From positions 98,342-162,341 of the forward strand of contig CAWFRW010000009.1 in NCBI GenBank assembly GCA_963818295.1: a stretch of DNA of 64,000 bases, in the 5' to 3' direction. The translations under genes and the position numbers were made by a program. Of this stretch, positions 34,076-43,908 are shown piece after piece (position 1 is the first letter of the stretch; each line of letters opens with the position of its first letter). The notes under the pieces are model-generated. The model saw only the letters and a list, made by a program, of their open reading frames with translations. It was not told where the DNA came from and made no database searches. Source of the DNA: an uncultured Bacteroidales bacterium. Its GTDB lineage: Bacteria; Bacteroidota; Bacteroidia; Bacteroidales; VadinHA17.

Positions 34076-35002
34076 ATGATAGCCGAGGTTATAAGAACAG
34101 AGAAAATTTCGAAACACTACAAGGATGTCAGGGCTGTTTCGGAAGTATCTCTTTCAGTCAGAAAAGGTGAAATATATGGTTTCCTTGGTTTAAACGGAGC
34201 TGGGAAGACAACTACGATAAGGATGCTTCTTGGTATGATCAGGCCAACATCAGGCAATGCTTATATCAATGATATCAAGATCTCAGCCGGAAATACCGGG
34301 TTCTGGAACCAGGTTGGTTCCCTGGTTGAAGTTCCGTATTCTTATCCCGAACTTACGGTCAGGGAAAACCTTGAAATTTTCAGACGTTTGCGTTTTCTGA
34401 AGGAGAAAAAGACGGTTGATCTGGTTATCGAAAAGCTCCGGCTCGGGCAATATGCTGACAGGAAGGCAAAAGATCTTTCGCTTGGAAATAATCAGAGACT
34501 AGGTCTTGCAAAGGCTTTAATACATAATCCTGAAATATTAATTCTTGATGAGCCTGCAAACGGGCTCGATCCTGCAGGAATTTATGAAATCCGGGAGATG
34601 TTATGCGATCTGGCCGGGAACAATGGGGTGACTATTTTTATTTCAAGTCATATACTCGGAGAGATATCTCGTTTTGCCGACAGGATAGGTATTATCCATG
34701 AGGGCAGATTATTCCAGGAAATGGATTCCGCACAGCTTGAAACATTAAGCCGCAAACATCTGCTGGTAAGTGCGAATGATCTGAATAAGGCCAGTGCTGT
34801 TTTGTCAGAAAAAGGATATGTTCCGGGATTCAGAAATGGGAATATTCTTGAGATAAATGACGAAAAAGCGATATCAGAACCGGATGTCATTTCTTCACTT
34901 CTTGTAAATTCAGGTTGTCCTCCGACAATGCTGATGGTGGAAGAGGAAGATCTTGAAACATATTTTTTAAGGGCTATCGGGCTAAAGGGAGGGTTAAAAT
35001 GA
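34076..35002 (+). CDS. ABC transporter ATP-binding protein (BcrA / ABC-2 type)
   Basis: Walker A is GLNGAGKTT, the signature is LSLGNNQRL, Walker B is ILILDEP, and there is a C-terminal accessory domain. It overlaps the permease start by 4 nt. Confidence 0.92.
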   Translation: MIAEVIRTEKISKHYKDVRAVSEVSLSVRKGEIYGFLGLNGAGKTTTIRMLLGMIRPTSGNAYINDIKISAGNTGFWNQVGSLVEVPYSYPELTVRENLEIFRRLRFLKEKKTVDLVIEKLRLGQYADRKAKDLSLGNNQRLGLAKALIHNPEILILDEPANGLDPAGIYEIREMLCDLAGNNGVTIFISSHILGEISRFADRIGIIHEGRLFQEMDSAQLETLSRKHLLVSANDLNKASAVLSEKGYVPGFRNGNILEINDEKAISEPDVISSLLVNSGCPPTMLMVEEEDLETYFLRAIGLKGGLK

Positions 35003-35787
35003 AAAACATTATCTCAGCTTTTTGGGTGGAAATTCTGAAGATCCGACGATCCAGGATGTTCGGGGCATCACTTATCTTTTTTATTCTGGTATCCTCTATG
35101 ATGAGCTTTGTGATGTTCGTACAAAAATACCCTGAAATCTCAGCTAAAGTTGGCATGATCGGAGACAAAGCATCATTGCTCAGATTCGGTGAACCAAACT
35201 GGCAAAACTATTTCAGGCTGCTTATTCAGGGCATAGCAGGAGTTGGTCTTGTCGGGACCGGATTTGTCACAAGCTGGATCTTTGGTCGTGAATTTTCAGA
35301 TCATACTGTAAAAGATATACTTGCTCTGCCAATACCGCGGGTTTATATAGTTTTGGCAAAAATTATTATTGTTGTGCTCTGGTCTTTTATACTCTGTTTC
35401 ATCTATTTTGTTTCGGGGCTGGCTTTCGGCTTTCTGATTGACCTTCCCGGTTTTTCTGCAGCGATTCTGTCTGAGGCTTCCGGAATTTATTGGGTAACAA
35501 CTTTTCTTCTGATATTGCTGTGTACACCGGTGGCATTTCTTGCCAGTTACACCCGGGGATATATTTTCCCTATAGGATTTGTTATCCTCACGATGATCCT
35601 GGCTAATTTTTCAGGGCTGGTTGGTCTGGGACCCTATTTCCCATGGGCGGTTCCGGGTTTATATGGCATCCCTTCAGGTGCGGAAAATATGCATTTGAAT
35701 ACGGGAAGCTACATTATTCTTATTTGTACATGCATGACCGGATTAATTGGAACAATTGCTTTCTGGCGGTACGCTGATCAGAAGTAA
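34999..35787 (+). CDS. ABC-2 family permease (BcrB / lantibiotic-immunity-like)
   Basis: Intact 262 aa ORF with 6 predicted TM helices, translationally coupled to the ATPase. Confidence 0.8.
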   Translation: MKNIISAFWVEILKIRRSRMFGASLIFFILVSSMMSFVMFVQKYPEISAKVGMIGDKASLLRFGEPNWQNYFRLLIQGIAGVGLVGTGFVTSWIFGREFSDHTVKDILALPIPRVYIVLAKIIIVVLWSFILCFIYFVSGLAFGFLIDLPGFSAAILSEASGIYWVTTFLLILLCTPVAFLASYTRGYIFPIGFVILTMILANFSGLVGLGPYFPWAVPGLYGIPSGAENMHLNTGSYIILICTCMTGLIGTIAFWRYADQK

Positions 35788-35814
35788 AAAGTTTCTGTTT
35801 AATTGATAATCAAT

Positions 35815-37797
35815 ATGAATAAAATCTTTTCGTTCGCATTATTAATCCTGACCTGTTTAAAAGGTTTTTCTCAGGAAGGAGCAGATACCTCTGCAATTTT
35901 ACAGAAAATTTACACTCTGGGCGAAGTAAAAGTAAGCGCTACGGTTGACAAGGCGACTGTCGGCACTGCAGAGATGCAAAAATATAACGCAAAGGATGTG
36001 AGCGCCGCTCTGAGGACTATGCCTTCGTTGGTAATCAGTGAGAATGGTTCGAGAAATGAAAGTACAATTTATCTGAGGGGGTTTGACATCCGCAGTGTAC
36101 CGGTATTCATGGACGGGATACCTGTATATGTTCCGTATGACGGCTATGTAGACCTGGCACGTTTCACCACTTTCGATATATCAAAGATAGATGTGTCCAA
36201 AGGCTTTTCATCAATGACTTATGGCGCCAATACGATTGGCGGAGCAATAAATCTCGTTGGGATGAAGCCCACTCAGAAGCTTGAATTGAGCGCTAAAGCA
36301 GGAGTGATGAGCGGGCAGGGTTACGAAACGAAAATCAATCTTGGCAGCAACCTGGGGAAAATCTATATCCAAACGGGTTTTTCAATTCTTCAGAAACAGT
36401 TTGTGCCTCTTTCTGCAAATTTCGATACGCTGAAGCTGGAGACAGATCACCACAGAGATAATTCATATACAAAGGATATTAAAGGGAGTCTAAAAATAGG
36501 TTACACACCAAATGCCACAGATGAATACAGTATCAATTATCAGTACTCTCATGGAAGCAAGGGAAATCCTGTATACCTGGGCAGCGATAAAAATACAAAA
36601 GTACGCTACTGGCAATGGCCTTACTGGGATAAGCAGAGCATTTATTACATTTCAAGGACTGCAATCGGAACAAAATCAGAGCTTAAAGCCAGGGCTTACT
36701 ATGATCAGTTTAAAAACAAAATCAGCAGCTTTGATGACAATAGCTATTCCACACAGAATAAAGGATCCTCATTCAACAGTTTATATGATGATTATACTGT
36801 TGGTGGTAATCTTGAATTCGCAAGCGATCTTAACAATCAAAACCATCTGAGAGCTTCCCTTCATGCAAAAAATGATAATCACAGCGAACATAATGAAGGC
36901 GAGCCTGTGAGGCATTTTGCGGACAATACTTTTTCTCTTGGAGTTGAAAATGTTTATAAACCGGTGAATAAGCTGAGTTTTATTCCCGGATTGAGCTATA
37001 ATCTCCGGAAAAGTCTGCGTGCAGAGGATTACAATTCAACAAATGATTCAATATCAAATTATCCTGCCAACAGAAACGATGCACTCAATGCCCAGTTAGC
37101 TACTTATTACAAGCTCTCGAATACTGTAAATCTCAGTTTCAATATTGCCTATAAAAGCCGGTTCGCCACAATGAAAGACCGTTATTCATACCGTAATGGT
37201 ACTGCTTTGCCTAATCCGGACCTTAAATCTGAAACTGCGCTTAATCTGGAGCTGGGTTCAGCGATTGAAATTGCTGACAAACTGAATTTCAGTCCGGAAA
37301 TGTTTTATAGCCGCCTGAACAACACTATCCAGATGGTAAGCAATGTTCAGGGGGATCTTTCCCAGATGCAGAATACAGGAGAAGCTGTCTTTAAAGGGAT
37401 TGATCTGAGTATTGTTTATCAGCCTGTTTCTTCCTTTAATATATATGCAGCCTATTCGTACATAAAGCGGAAAAACATGAGCAATCCTGATATTCTCTTC
37501 ACGGATGTTCCGGATAACAAGCTGTTTGCCTCTGTTGAATACACTATCAAAAAATTAGGGCTCAGCCTTTTCGGAGAATATGATTCCGAACGCAATAATG
37601 CAAGTGATGGTACACGGGTTTCTGCGGGATATTTTGTGATGAATTGTCAGGTGTCATATCATTTTGCTCACTGCCTGACAGCAGAAATCGGGACCAATAA
37701 TATTTTTGACAAAAATTATACTATACAGGAAGGTTATCCGGAGGCGGGACGGAATTTCTATGCAGCATTATATTTCAATCTGCCGGGAAGGGAGTAA
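35815..37797 (+). CDS. TonB-dependent receptor (plug plus 22-strand barrel; siderophore/vitamin type)
   Basis: Signal MNKIFSFALLILTCLKGFSQ, plug motifs (IYLRGFDIRSVPVFMDGIPV, ANTIGGAINLV), and a C-terminal aromatic-rich barrel. The ATG at 35815 is preferred over the TTG at 35803. Confidence 0.9.
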   Translation: MNKIFSFALLILTCLKGFSQEGADTSAILQKIYTLGEVKVSATVDKATVGTAEMQKYNAKDVSAALRTMPSLVISENGSRNESTIYLRGFDIRSVPVFMDGIPVYVPYDGYVDLARFTTFDISKIDVSKGFSSMTYGANTIGGAINLVGMKPTQKLELSAKAGVMSGQGYETKINLGSNLGKIYIQTGFSILQKQFVPLSANFDTLKLETDHHRDNSYTKDIKGSLKIGYTPNATDEYSINYQYSHGSKGNPVYLGSDKNTKVRYWQWPYWDKQSIYYISRTAIGTKSELKARAYYDQFKNKISSFDDNSYSTQNKGSSFNSLYDDYTVGGNLEFASDLNNQNHLRASLHAKNDNHSEHNEGEPVRHFADNTFSLGVENVYKPVNKLSFIPGLSYNLRKSLRAEDYNSTNDSISNYPANRNDALNAQLATYYKLSNTVNLSFNIAYKSRFATMKDRYSYRNGTALPNPDLKSETALNLELGSAIEIADKLNFSPEMFYSRLNNTIQMVSNVQGDLSQMQNTGEAVFKGIDLSIVYQPVSSFNIYAAYSYIKRKNMSNPDILFTDVPDNKLFASVEYTIKKLGLSLFGEYDSERNNASDGTRVSAGYFVMNCQVSYHFAHCLTAEIGTNNIFDKNYTIQEGYPEAGRNFYAALYFNLPGRE

Positions 37798-37812
37798 CCC
37801 GGGATGAATTAT

Positions 37813-37908
37813 CTCTGTGTAACTCTGTGCATTCTCTGTGTATCTCTGTGACAGTTCTTTATAAAAGTTGCACAGAGTGGCACAGAGGATTGACAGAGGG
37901 TCACAGAG
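37813..37908. repeat. Dyad array: 4x CTCTGTG, a 20-nt spacer, then 4x CACAGAG (locus C)
   Basis: Left-arm heptamers start at 37813, 37823, 37834 and 37844. The reverse complements start at 37871, 37881, 37892 (GACAGAG) and 37902. Spacing is 10/11/10 on both arms. The array begins 16 nt after the TonB receptor stop. Confidence 0.85.
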
Positions 37909-37939
37909 GAGAAAATGGTTTAAATTAAAATATTTTATA

Positions 37940-38737
37940 ATGAAACAGAAGATATACCAGGTAGATGCATTTACCGATAAGCTGTTCCAGGGAAACCCTG
38001 CAGCAGTTTGCCCGCTTGAAAAATGGCTGAGCGATGAGATCATGCAGAAAATTGCGATGGAAAACAATCTCTCTGAGACAGCATTTTATGTTAAGGAGGG
38101 TAATCAGTATCGCATAAGATGGTTTACCCCGACTGTTGAGGTGGATCTTTGTGGTCATGCAACACTTGCCTCAGCATTTGTATTATTCAATTATGAATCG
38201 CATCCGGGCAAATCATTGTCCTTTATCTCGAACAAGAGCGGGGTACTTAATGTAAGAAAAGATGGCGATCTGCTTACACTTGATTTTCCGGCTGATAAAA
38301 TTGAAAAAGCTGAGGTGAGTGATGAAATAAAAGCAGGATTTAATATTCATCCCAAACTTGTTTTCAGGGGAAAGACCGACTATCTGTTTGTATATGAAAA
38401 AGAGAGTGATATAGTGAATCTCCTTCCGGATTACGATAAAATATCTGTGATGGATTGCAGGGGGGTAATAGTCACATCCAGGGGAAAAGATGTTGATTTT
38501 GTCTCCAGGTTTTTCGGACCGCAGTCGGGAGTAAATGAAGATCCGGTAACCGGATCCGCACATACGACATTGACGCCATATTGGGCAGGACAGCTTGGTA
38601 AAAGAGATCTTACAGCTTTACAGCTATCGGCGCGAAAGGGTTCTCTGCAGTGCAGTCTTCAGGGCGAAAGAGTTGAGATCAGCGGGCAGTGCAGATTGTA
38701 CATGACCGGTTATCTGTCAGATTCTGAATTGACTTGA
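37940..38737 (+). CDS. PhzF family phenazine-biosynthesis-like isomerase
   Basis: MKQKIYQVDAFTDKLFQGNPAAV.., VDLCGHATLA, DPVTGSAHT. The ORF-track start at 37868 reads through the repeat array and is rejected. Confidence 0.88.
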   Translation: MKQKIYQVDAFTDKLFQGNPAAVCPLEKWLSDEIMQKIAMENNLSETAFYVKEGNQYRIRWFTPTVEVDLCGHATLASAFVLFNYESHPGKSLSFISNKSGVLNVRKDGDLLTLDFPADKIEKAEVSDEIKAGFNIHPKLVFRGKTDYLFVYEKESDIVNLLPDYDKISVMDCRGVIVTSRGKDVDFVSRFFGPQSGVNEDPVTGSAHTTLTPYWAGQLGKRDLTALQLSARKGSLQCSLQGERVEISGQCRLYMTGYLSDSELT

Positions 38738-38863
38738 GCTTGCTATAAAATTACTCAGACTTTATATGATTAATTTAAACAAAAATCCCGATTTTATGTT
38801 TATAGGCTGATAATGGTGTAAAATTCTTCAATATGTTTCAAATTTAAACTAAAAATTAAAGCT

Positions 38864-39226
38864 ATGAAAACATTGAGAATCGGGATGTCGTTGTTTCTGT
38901 TGTCGTTATGTTTTGTGGCTTTTGGTCAATCCACCAAAACTGACAATAAGAAAAGTGTATATTTTGTACAGACCACTCACACTCCGGACCAATGTCTAAA
39001 CACGCTTTCAGGCATGAAAGACAAAGGTGATGCATTTCTATCGAAGTTTGAATTCGGATGCATGTCTGGTAAACATATTGGCTATGCATTTCTTGAAGGG
39101 ACATCAGAAGATAATGTTAAGATGATGCTGCCAAAGGATTTACAGGCAACAGCCACTGTTCAGAAAGTAGATAAGTTTACAGCTCAGCAGATAGAAGATC
39201 TGCATAAGCAACATGCAAACAAATAA
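38864..39226 (+). CDS. Small secreted hypothetical protein
   Basis: 120 aa with the signal peptide MKTLRIGMSLFLLSLCFVAFGQ. No family recognised. Confidence 0.5.
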   Translation: MKTLRIGMSLFLLSLCFVAFGQSTKTDNKKSVYFVQTTHTPDQCLNTLSGMKDKGDAFLSKFEFGCMSGKHIGYAFLEGTSEDNVKMMLPKDLQATATVQKVDKFTAQQIEDLHKQHANK

Positions 39227-39267
39227 GTGACTTTTTAAAAACAGATCATTTCTCCAACTACATTAAA

Positions 39268-39306
39268 AAAGAGTTGTTCCTGAATGCAGAAACAACTCTT
39301 TTAATT
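39268..39306. terminator. Bidirectional rho-independent terminator between convergent genes
   Basis: AAAGAGTTGTT (39268-78) pairs with AACAACTCTTT (39291-301) across a 12-nt loop. An A-run lies on the 5' side and a T-run on the 3' side. Confidence 0.6.
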
Positions 39307-39379
39307 TTATAACTATTTTTCTGACTCTTTAATTCAGAAGATTAACCGTTTTCGATTCTGATTCCTGCCGGCATGATGG

Positions 39380-40912
39380 TTAAAACATTGATATTACCTC
39401 ACCATAGAACTGGTATTTGAAATATTCATGGAGCACTTTGAGCCTGTCTGCAAAATCGGGATAGTTTTTCATCGCTGCAGGTGTCCAGCATTTTTCCGCA
39501 TGTGCTTCCAGCCTGTCCTTTATCTGAGGGTAGATCTTATCTATAGTGATTGATTCAGTCCATAAAGGGCATTCACTTCCGAGAACCATTTTTTCTTCCT
39601 CTTTTGTAAGTCCTTTTGGAACCGGATTGAAGCTGTATACTTTTTCAACTGAAAGTACTGCCATCCAGCTTGGCTTGCGTTTGGCATCCTCAGCATTTTC
39701 AGGATAGTCGAGATATGTCTCCCCGTTATCTGAATTTATAACATTGTGACCTTTTTTGATTGCTTTGTATGCCTCATCCCTCAGTCGCCATGATTGTATG
39801 ATCTGACCCTCAGCCACCCCTCCTTCAATATTTTCAGCCCATGAAATTGTTTTAACCCCTTTGGAGTGTATGAAATCAGATATTTCAATGAGCATTTTAC
39901 TCTGAAGGTCATTTTCATTCGTTACACCCTCCTCTTTCATTTTAGCCAGGCACAGGTCGCATTTATTCCAGAGGTTTTTCTCGCGTTCGTCGCCGCCGAT
40001 ATGGATATACCTGGGTTTAAACACATCAATTAATTCTCCGAATATATCCCTGATTATTTCATAGGTCATCGGATTTCCTGCGCAAAAGGCATTGGACTGA
40101 GGCTTGTAAGGGCACTTCAGTTGAGGAAATGCACTCAGAACCGCAAGTGAATGGCCGGGAATGTCAAACTCGGGTATAATTTCAATATTGCGTCTGGCAG
40201 CATATCCTATAATGTCGTGTATCTCTTCCAATGTGTAAAAGCCATTTGTTTGCACCTTATCAGTATCAATCATAAATGAACCTCTGCTGTTCAGCTCCGG
40301 ATGCTTTAAGCTTTGCACTCTCCAGCCCTGGTCATCAGACAGGTGCCAGTGAAAGATATTCAGTTTCATGCTCAGCATATAATCGAGAACATGTTTCACA
40401 GTTGCTACCGGCTGAAAATGACGGCTTGCATCAAGCATGAATCCCCTGAAAGCGAAAGCAGGCTGATCCTGAATTACCATGCATGGAATATCGAATGATT
40501 TTCCGTTCCAGGTCTGTACAAGTATTTGTTTAAACGTCTCGATGCCATAAAGCACACCGGCATTGTCGGAAGCACTGATCTCAATTCCCTTTGGAGTGAC
40601 CCTCAAAGTATAACTCTCCTTAATACCCGCTCCGTCAGATTTTCGGATTATTATTTCACTCCTTTCATCGGCGCCATTTATCGATTTATAATCAATCCCG
40701 GCCAGACAAACGCTGTTGATGAATTGAGCATAATCGTTCCCTGACAGGGAGGTGTCAAATATCCTGAAAACCCTGTTCAGGCTATATATGGATTTTTCGA
40801 TATGTATTGATCCGGGTTTTGGTATCACAGCAATCCGTGCCGGACTTTCGGCTTTAGCAGTGATCATTATAAGGACAAACAGAGTACAGAATGTCAGGAA
40901 ATTTCTTTTCAT
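39380..40912 (-). CDS. GH20 beta-N-acetylhexosaminidase (copy 3)
   Basis: Intact 510 aa ORF with a signal peptide. Motifs: FHWHLSDDQGWRVQSLKHP, EFDIPGHSLA, HIGGDERE. Confidence 0.92.
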   Translation of the reverse strand: MKRNFLTFCTLFVLIMITAKAESPARIAVIPKPGSIHIEKSIYSLNRVFRIFDTSLSGNDYAQFINSVCLAGIDYKSINGADERSEIIIRKSDGAGIKESYTLRVTPKGIEISASDNAGVLYGIETFKQILVQTWNGKSFDIPCMVIQDQPAFAFRGFMLDASRHFQPVATVKHVLDYMLSMKLNIFHWHLSDDQGWRVQSLKHPELNSRGSFMIDTDKVQTNGFYTLEEIHDIIGYAARRNIEIIPEFDIPGHSLAVLSAFPQLKCPYKPQSNAFCAGNPMTYEIIRDIFGELIDVFKPRYIHIGGDEREKNLWNKCDLCLAKMKEEGVTNENDLQSKMLIEISDFIHSKGVKTISWAENIEGGVAEGQIIQSWRLRDEAYKAIKKGHNVINSDNGETYLDYPENAEDAKRKPSWMAVLSVEKVYSFNPVPKGLTKEEEKMVLGSECPLWTESITIDKIYPQIKDRLEAHAEKCWTPAAMKNYPDFADRLKVLHEYFKYQFYGEVISMF

Positions 40913-41159
40913 AATTTTGATTTTAATCTTAAGAGTTGTAAGGGATTAAAAGTAGCAAGTATTCTTAAAATAATGAACGGCAGCTGTGTTTAATACGAAA
41001 TTCATTTTTTTTTTGATGTTCATTCCTCCACCGTGATCCATTTAGTGCTGTAAACCCCGATTATATGCCTTTAAGAAACAAAATGCCTTAATCACAGAAA
41101 AAATTTATAATGTTTTTGATAATTACTATAAAGAGGAGCCATTTTATAAAACTTATTTA

Positions 41160-41167
41160 TATATTTG
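41160..41167 (+). promoter_or_regulatory. Candidate -7 box (TATATTTG)
   Basis: It matches TAnnTTTG and lies 40 nt upstream of the ATG at 41207. Confidence 0.35.
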
Positions 41168-41206
41168 GCAATATACCTTACAATCATTAACCTAATCTTT
41201 GAATTC

Positions 41207-43867
41207 ATGAAAAAAGCTTTATTTCTCCTTTTACTTGTATTATATGCCAGTATCGTAACAGCACAGAATGTTCTTAAGGGGAAGGTTACGGATGAACAGA
41301 ATCAGCCTCTGCTGGGTGTAAGCATTATCGAGAAAGGAACCACAAATGGTGTCTACAGTGATGCAGCAGGGAACTATCACGCTGAAGTATAAAGATGAAA
41401 ACTCAATTATTGTTTTCAGCTTTGTTGGAATGGCGAGCCAGGAGATCACTGCTGGAAAGCAGACGGAAGTGACGGTAGTTCTGGTCAACAATAATGTTCT
41501 TGAAACGGTTGAAATTGTAGGTTCGCGGCGTCCGAACAGGACTGCTGTTGAAAGTGTTGTTCCGGTTGATATAATTGAAGTTTCCCAGTTGGTTAAAACA
41601 CTCGGTCAGCCGGATGTGAACCAGCTGCTTCAATATGTTGCGCCTTCATTCAATTCAAATAAACAATCGGGAGCCGATGGTGCCGATCATATTGATCCTG
41701 CTACACTCAGGGGCCTTGGACCCGATCAGACTCTTGTTCTTGTCAACGGAAAGCGCAGGCATCAGTCTTCGCTTATAAATATTTTTGGATCGCGCGGAAG
41801 GGGAAATACCGGTACGGATCTGAATGCAATTCCGGTTTCAGCTATTGATCATATAGAAATTTTACGTGACGGAGCTGCTGCCCAATATGGTTCAGATGCA
41901 ATTGCCGGAGTTATAAATGTTGTATTGAAATCTGACGTGGATGTTTTTACCGGAAGCTATTCAACCGGTTTCAGAAATGCCTCTCCTCCTGATAGTACAA
42001 TACTCTTCCGGAAGATAAGAAAACAGATGGCATGCTTACACAGGTAAATGGAAACTATGGAACAAAAATAGGTGAGAAAGGATTTGTCAATGTGACTCTT
42101 GACTATGCTAAGCTTGACCATACTTACAGAAGGGCGGATCCTTCGAAATTTGAGAATGGAGTTTACAGGAATAAATTCGGAGATGCAGCGTCAGAAAATT
42201 TTGGTACCTATTTCAACTCATCATTTTATGCCGGGGCAAAAACTGAACTTTATATGTTTGGCGGATTTAATTACCGTTATACCGATGCATTTGCATTCAG
42301 CCGTGCTGCCGATGAGGAACGTAATGTTGTGGAGATCTATCCGAACGGTTTTGATCCGCAGATTCAATCAGTAATTACTGATAAATCACTCTCGATTGGT
42401 ATGAAAACCCTTGTCAGCGGGTGGAAGGTAGATGTTAACAACACCTTTGGAGCCAATAATTTCCATTATATGGTTGACAATACACTCAACTCATCATTGA
42501 TGACAAAATCGCCCACCCGTTTCGATGCCGGAGGATTTTCACTTGCCCAGAATACGACAGTAATGGATATCTCGAGGCTCTTTCCACAGATCGCCAAAGG
42601 ATTGAATGTGGCATTCGGTGCTGAACACCGGATTGAGAGCTATCAGATTGCAGCCGGTGAAGAGGCATCATATAAAACCTACGGCCACCCGATTTTTGCC
42701 ATTGACACTGTGTTAGGCGACGGAGGGGAGATAGTAAGCATTGATACAACTTTCAGACCCGGTGGCTCACAGGGCTTCCCGGGCTTCCAGCCGGGGAATG
42801 AATTGAGGGAGTCGCGCAGCAACTTCGGAGCCTATGTTGATCTTGAACTGGATGTAACAAAGAAATTTGTAGTTGATGCTGCAGCCCGTTATGAACAATA
42901 CAGCGATTTTGGCAATACATTAAATGGCAAACTGGCCGCACGGTATAAAATTTCAGATAACTTTTCGCTGACGCGGGTCAGTTAGCTCCGGCTTCAGGGC
43001 TCCTTCACTTGCACAGTTATATTTCAACACAACCTTTACAGATATTGTAGCAGGTCAGGCTATTGATAAGATTATTGCAAAAAACAACAGTCCGATCACC
43101 CGCGAACTTGGGTATTCCAAAATTGAAACAGGAAGTATCGACAAATGCCGGTCTGGGGTTTACGCTAAAGTGAATGCTTTTACTTTAACTGTTGACGGTT
43201 ACTATGTACAGGTCAAGGATCGTATTGTGCTTACAGGTGCATTTTACAGCGATGATGATCTGATAGGAGATGATCTTACAAATCTTAATATAGGCGCCGC
43301 CCAGTTTTTCACAAATGCAGTAAATACAACTTCGAAAGGGGTTGATGCAATTCTTGCCTATTCGATCAGTCTGTCCGGTCAGAATAACCTCAGATTTTCA
43401 CTTGCTGCCAATTTCAATAATATGGTAATTGACAAAATCTATACAAACGACAAATTACAGGGAAAAGAAGATACTTATTTCGGACTCAGGGAACAATATT
43501 TCTTGCTTGGCATCAGCACCAAAAAGCAAGATTAATTTCGGGATTGATTATACAAAAGGGAACTTCATGGCAAATATGAAGCTTACCCAGTTTTGGGAAG
43601 GTGGAACTTATTAACTGGAATGACAATGGAGATAACGTTGTTGATCCGGGTGAAATAGATACATATGAATCCAAGATTACTATGGATCTCTCTGCCGGGT
43701 ATAATCTGAGGAATTTCAGCTTTCACTATTCGGAGGAGTAAATATTCTGAATGCCTATCCGGAAAAACAGGACCCGGGCTTAACTGAATCGGGAGGTATA
43801 TGGGATTCTGTACAGATGGGTTTTAGCGGAGCTTTGTATTTTGCGAAAGGTAGGCTTCAAATTTTAA
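41207..43867 (+). pseudogene. TonB-dependent receptor with carboxypeptidase-regulatory-like N-domain, at least 6 frameshifts
   Basis: MKKALFLLLLVLYASIVTAQNVLKGKVTDEQNQPLLGVSIIEKGT.., then the plug (TLVLVNGKRRHQS.., IEILRDGAAAQYGSDAIAGVINVV), then barrel pieces in ORFs 42032.., 43170.. and 43429... The terminal ..KVGFKF is read in a shifted frame and ends at 43865-67. Confidence 0.85.
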
Positions 43868-43908
43868 TGTATTTGCAGCCTAGATGGTTTGAAACCAAAA
43901 TCAGAAAA

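Noticed and set aside
37813-37908. CRISPR array
   Set aside because: The units are 7 nt with 3-4 nt spacers (period 10-11), arranged as a dyad, and there are no cas genes. This is far from CRISPR repeat/spacer dimensions. The same applies to the arrays at 15975 and 28915.
37868-37939. N-terminal extension of the PhzF ORF (MHRVAQRIDRGSQRRKWFKLKYFI)
   Set aside because: It is a translation of the CACAGAG repeat arm. The conserved PhzF N-terminus starts at the ATG at 37940.
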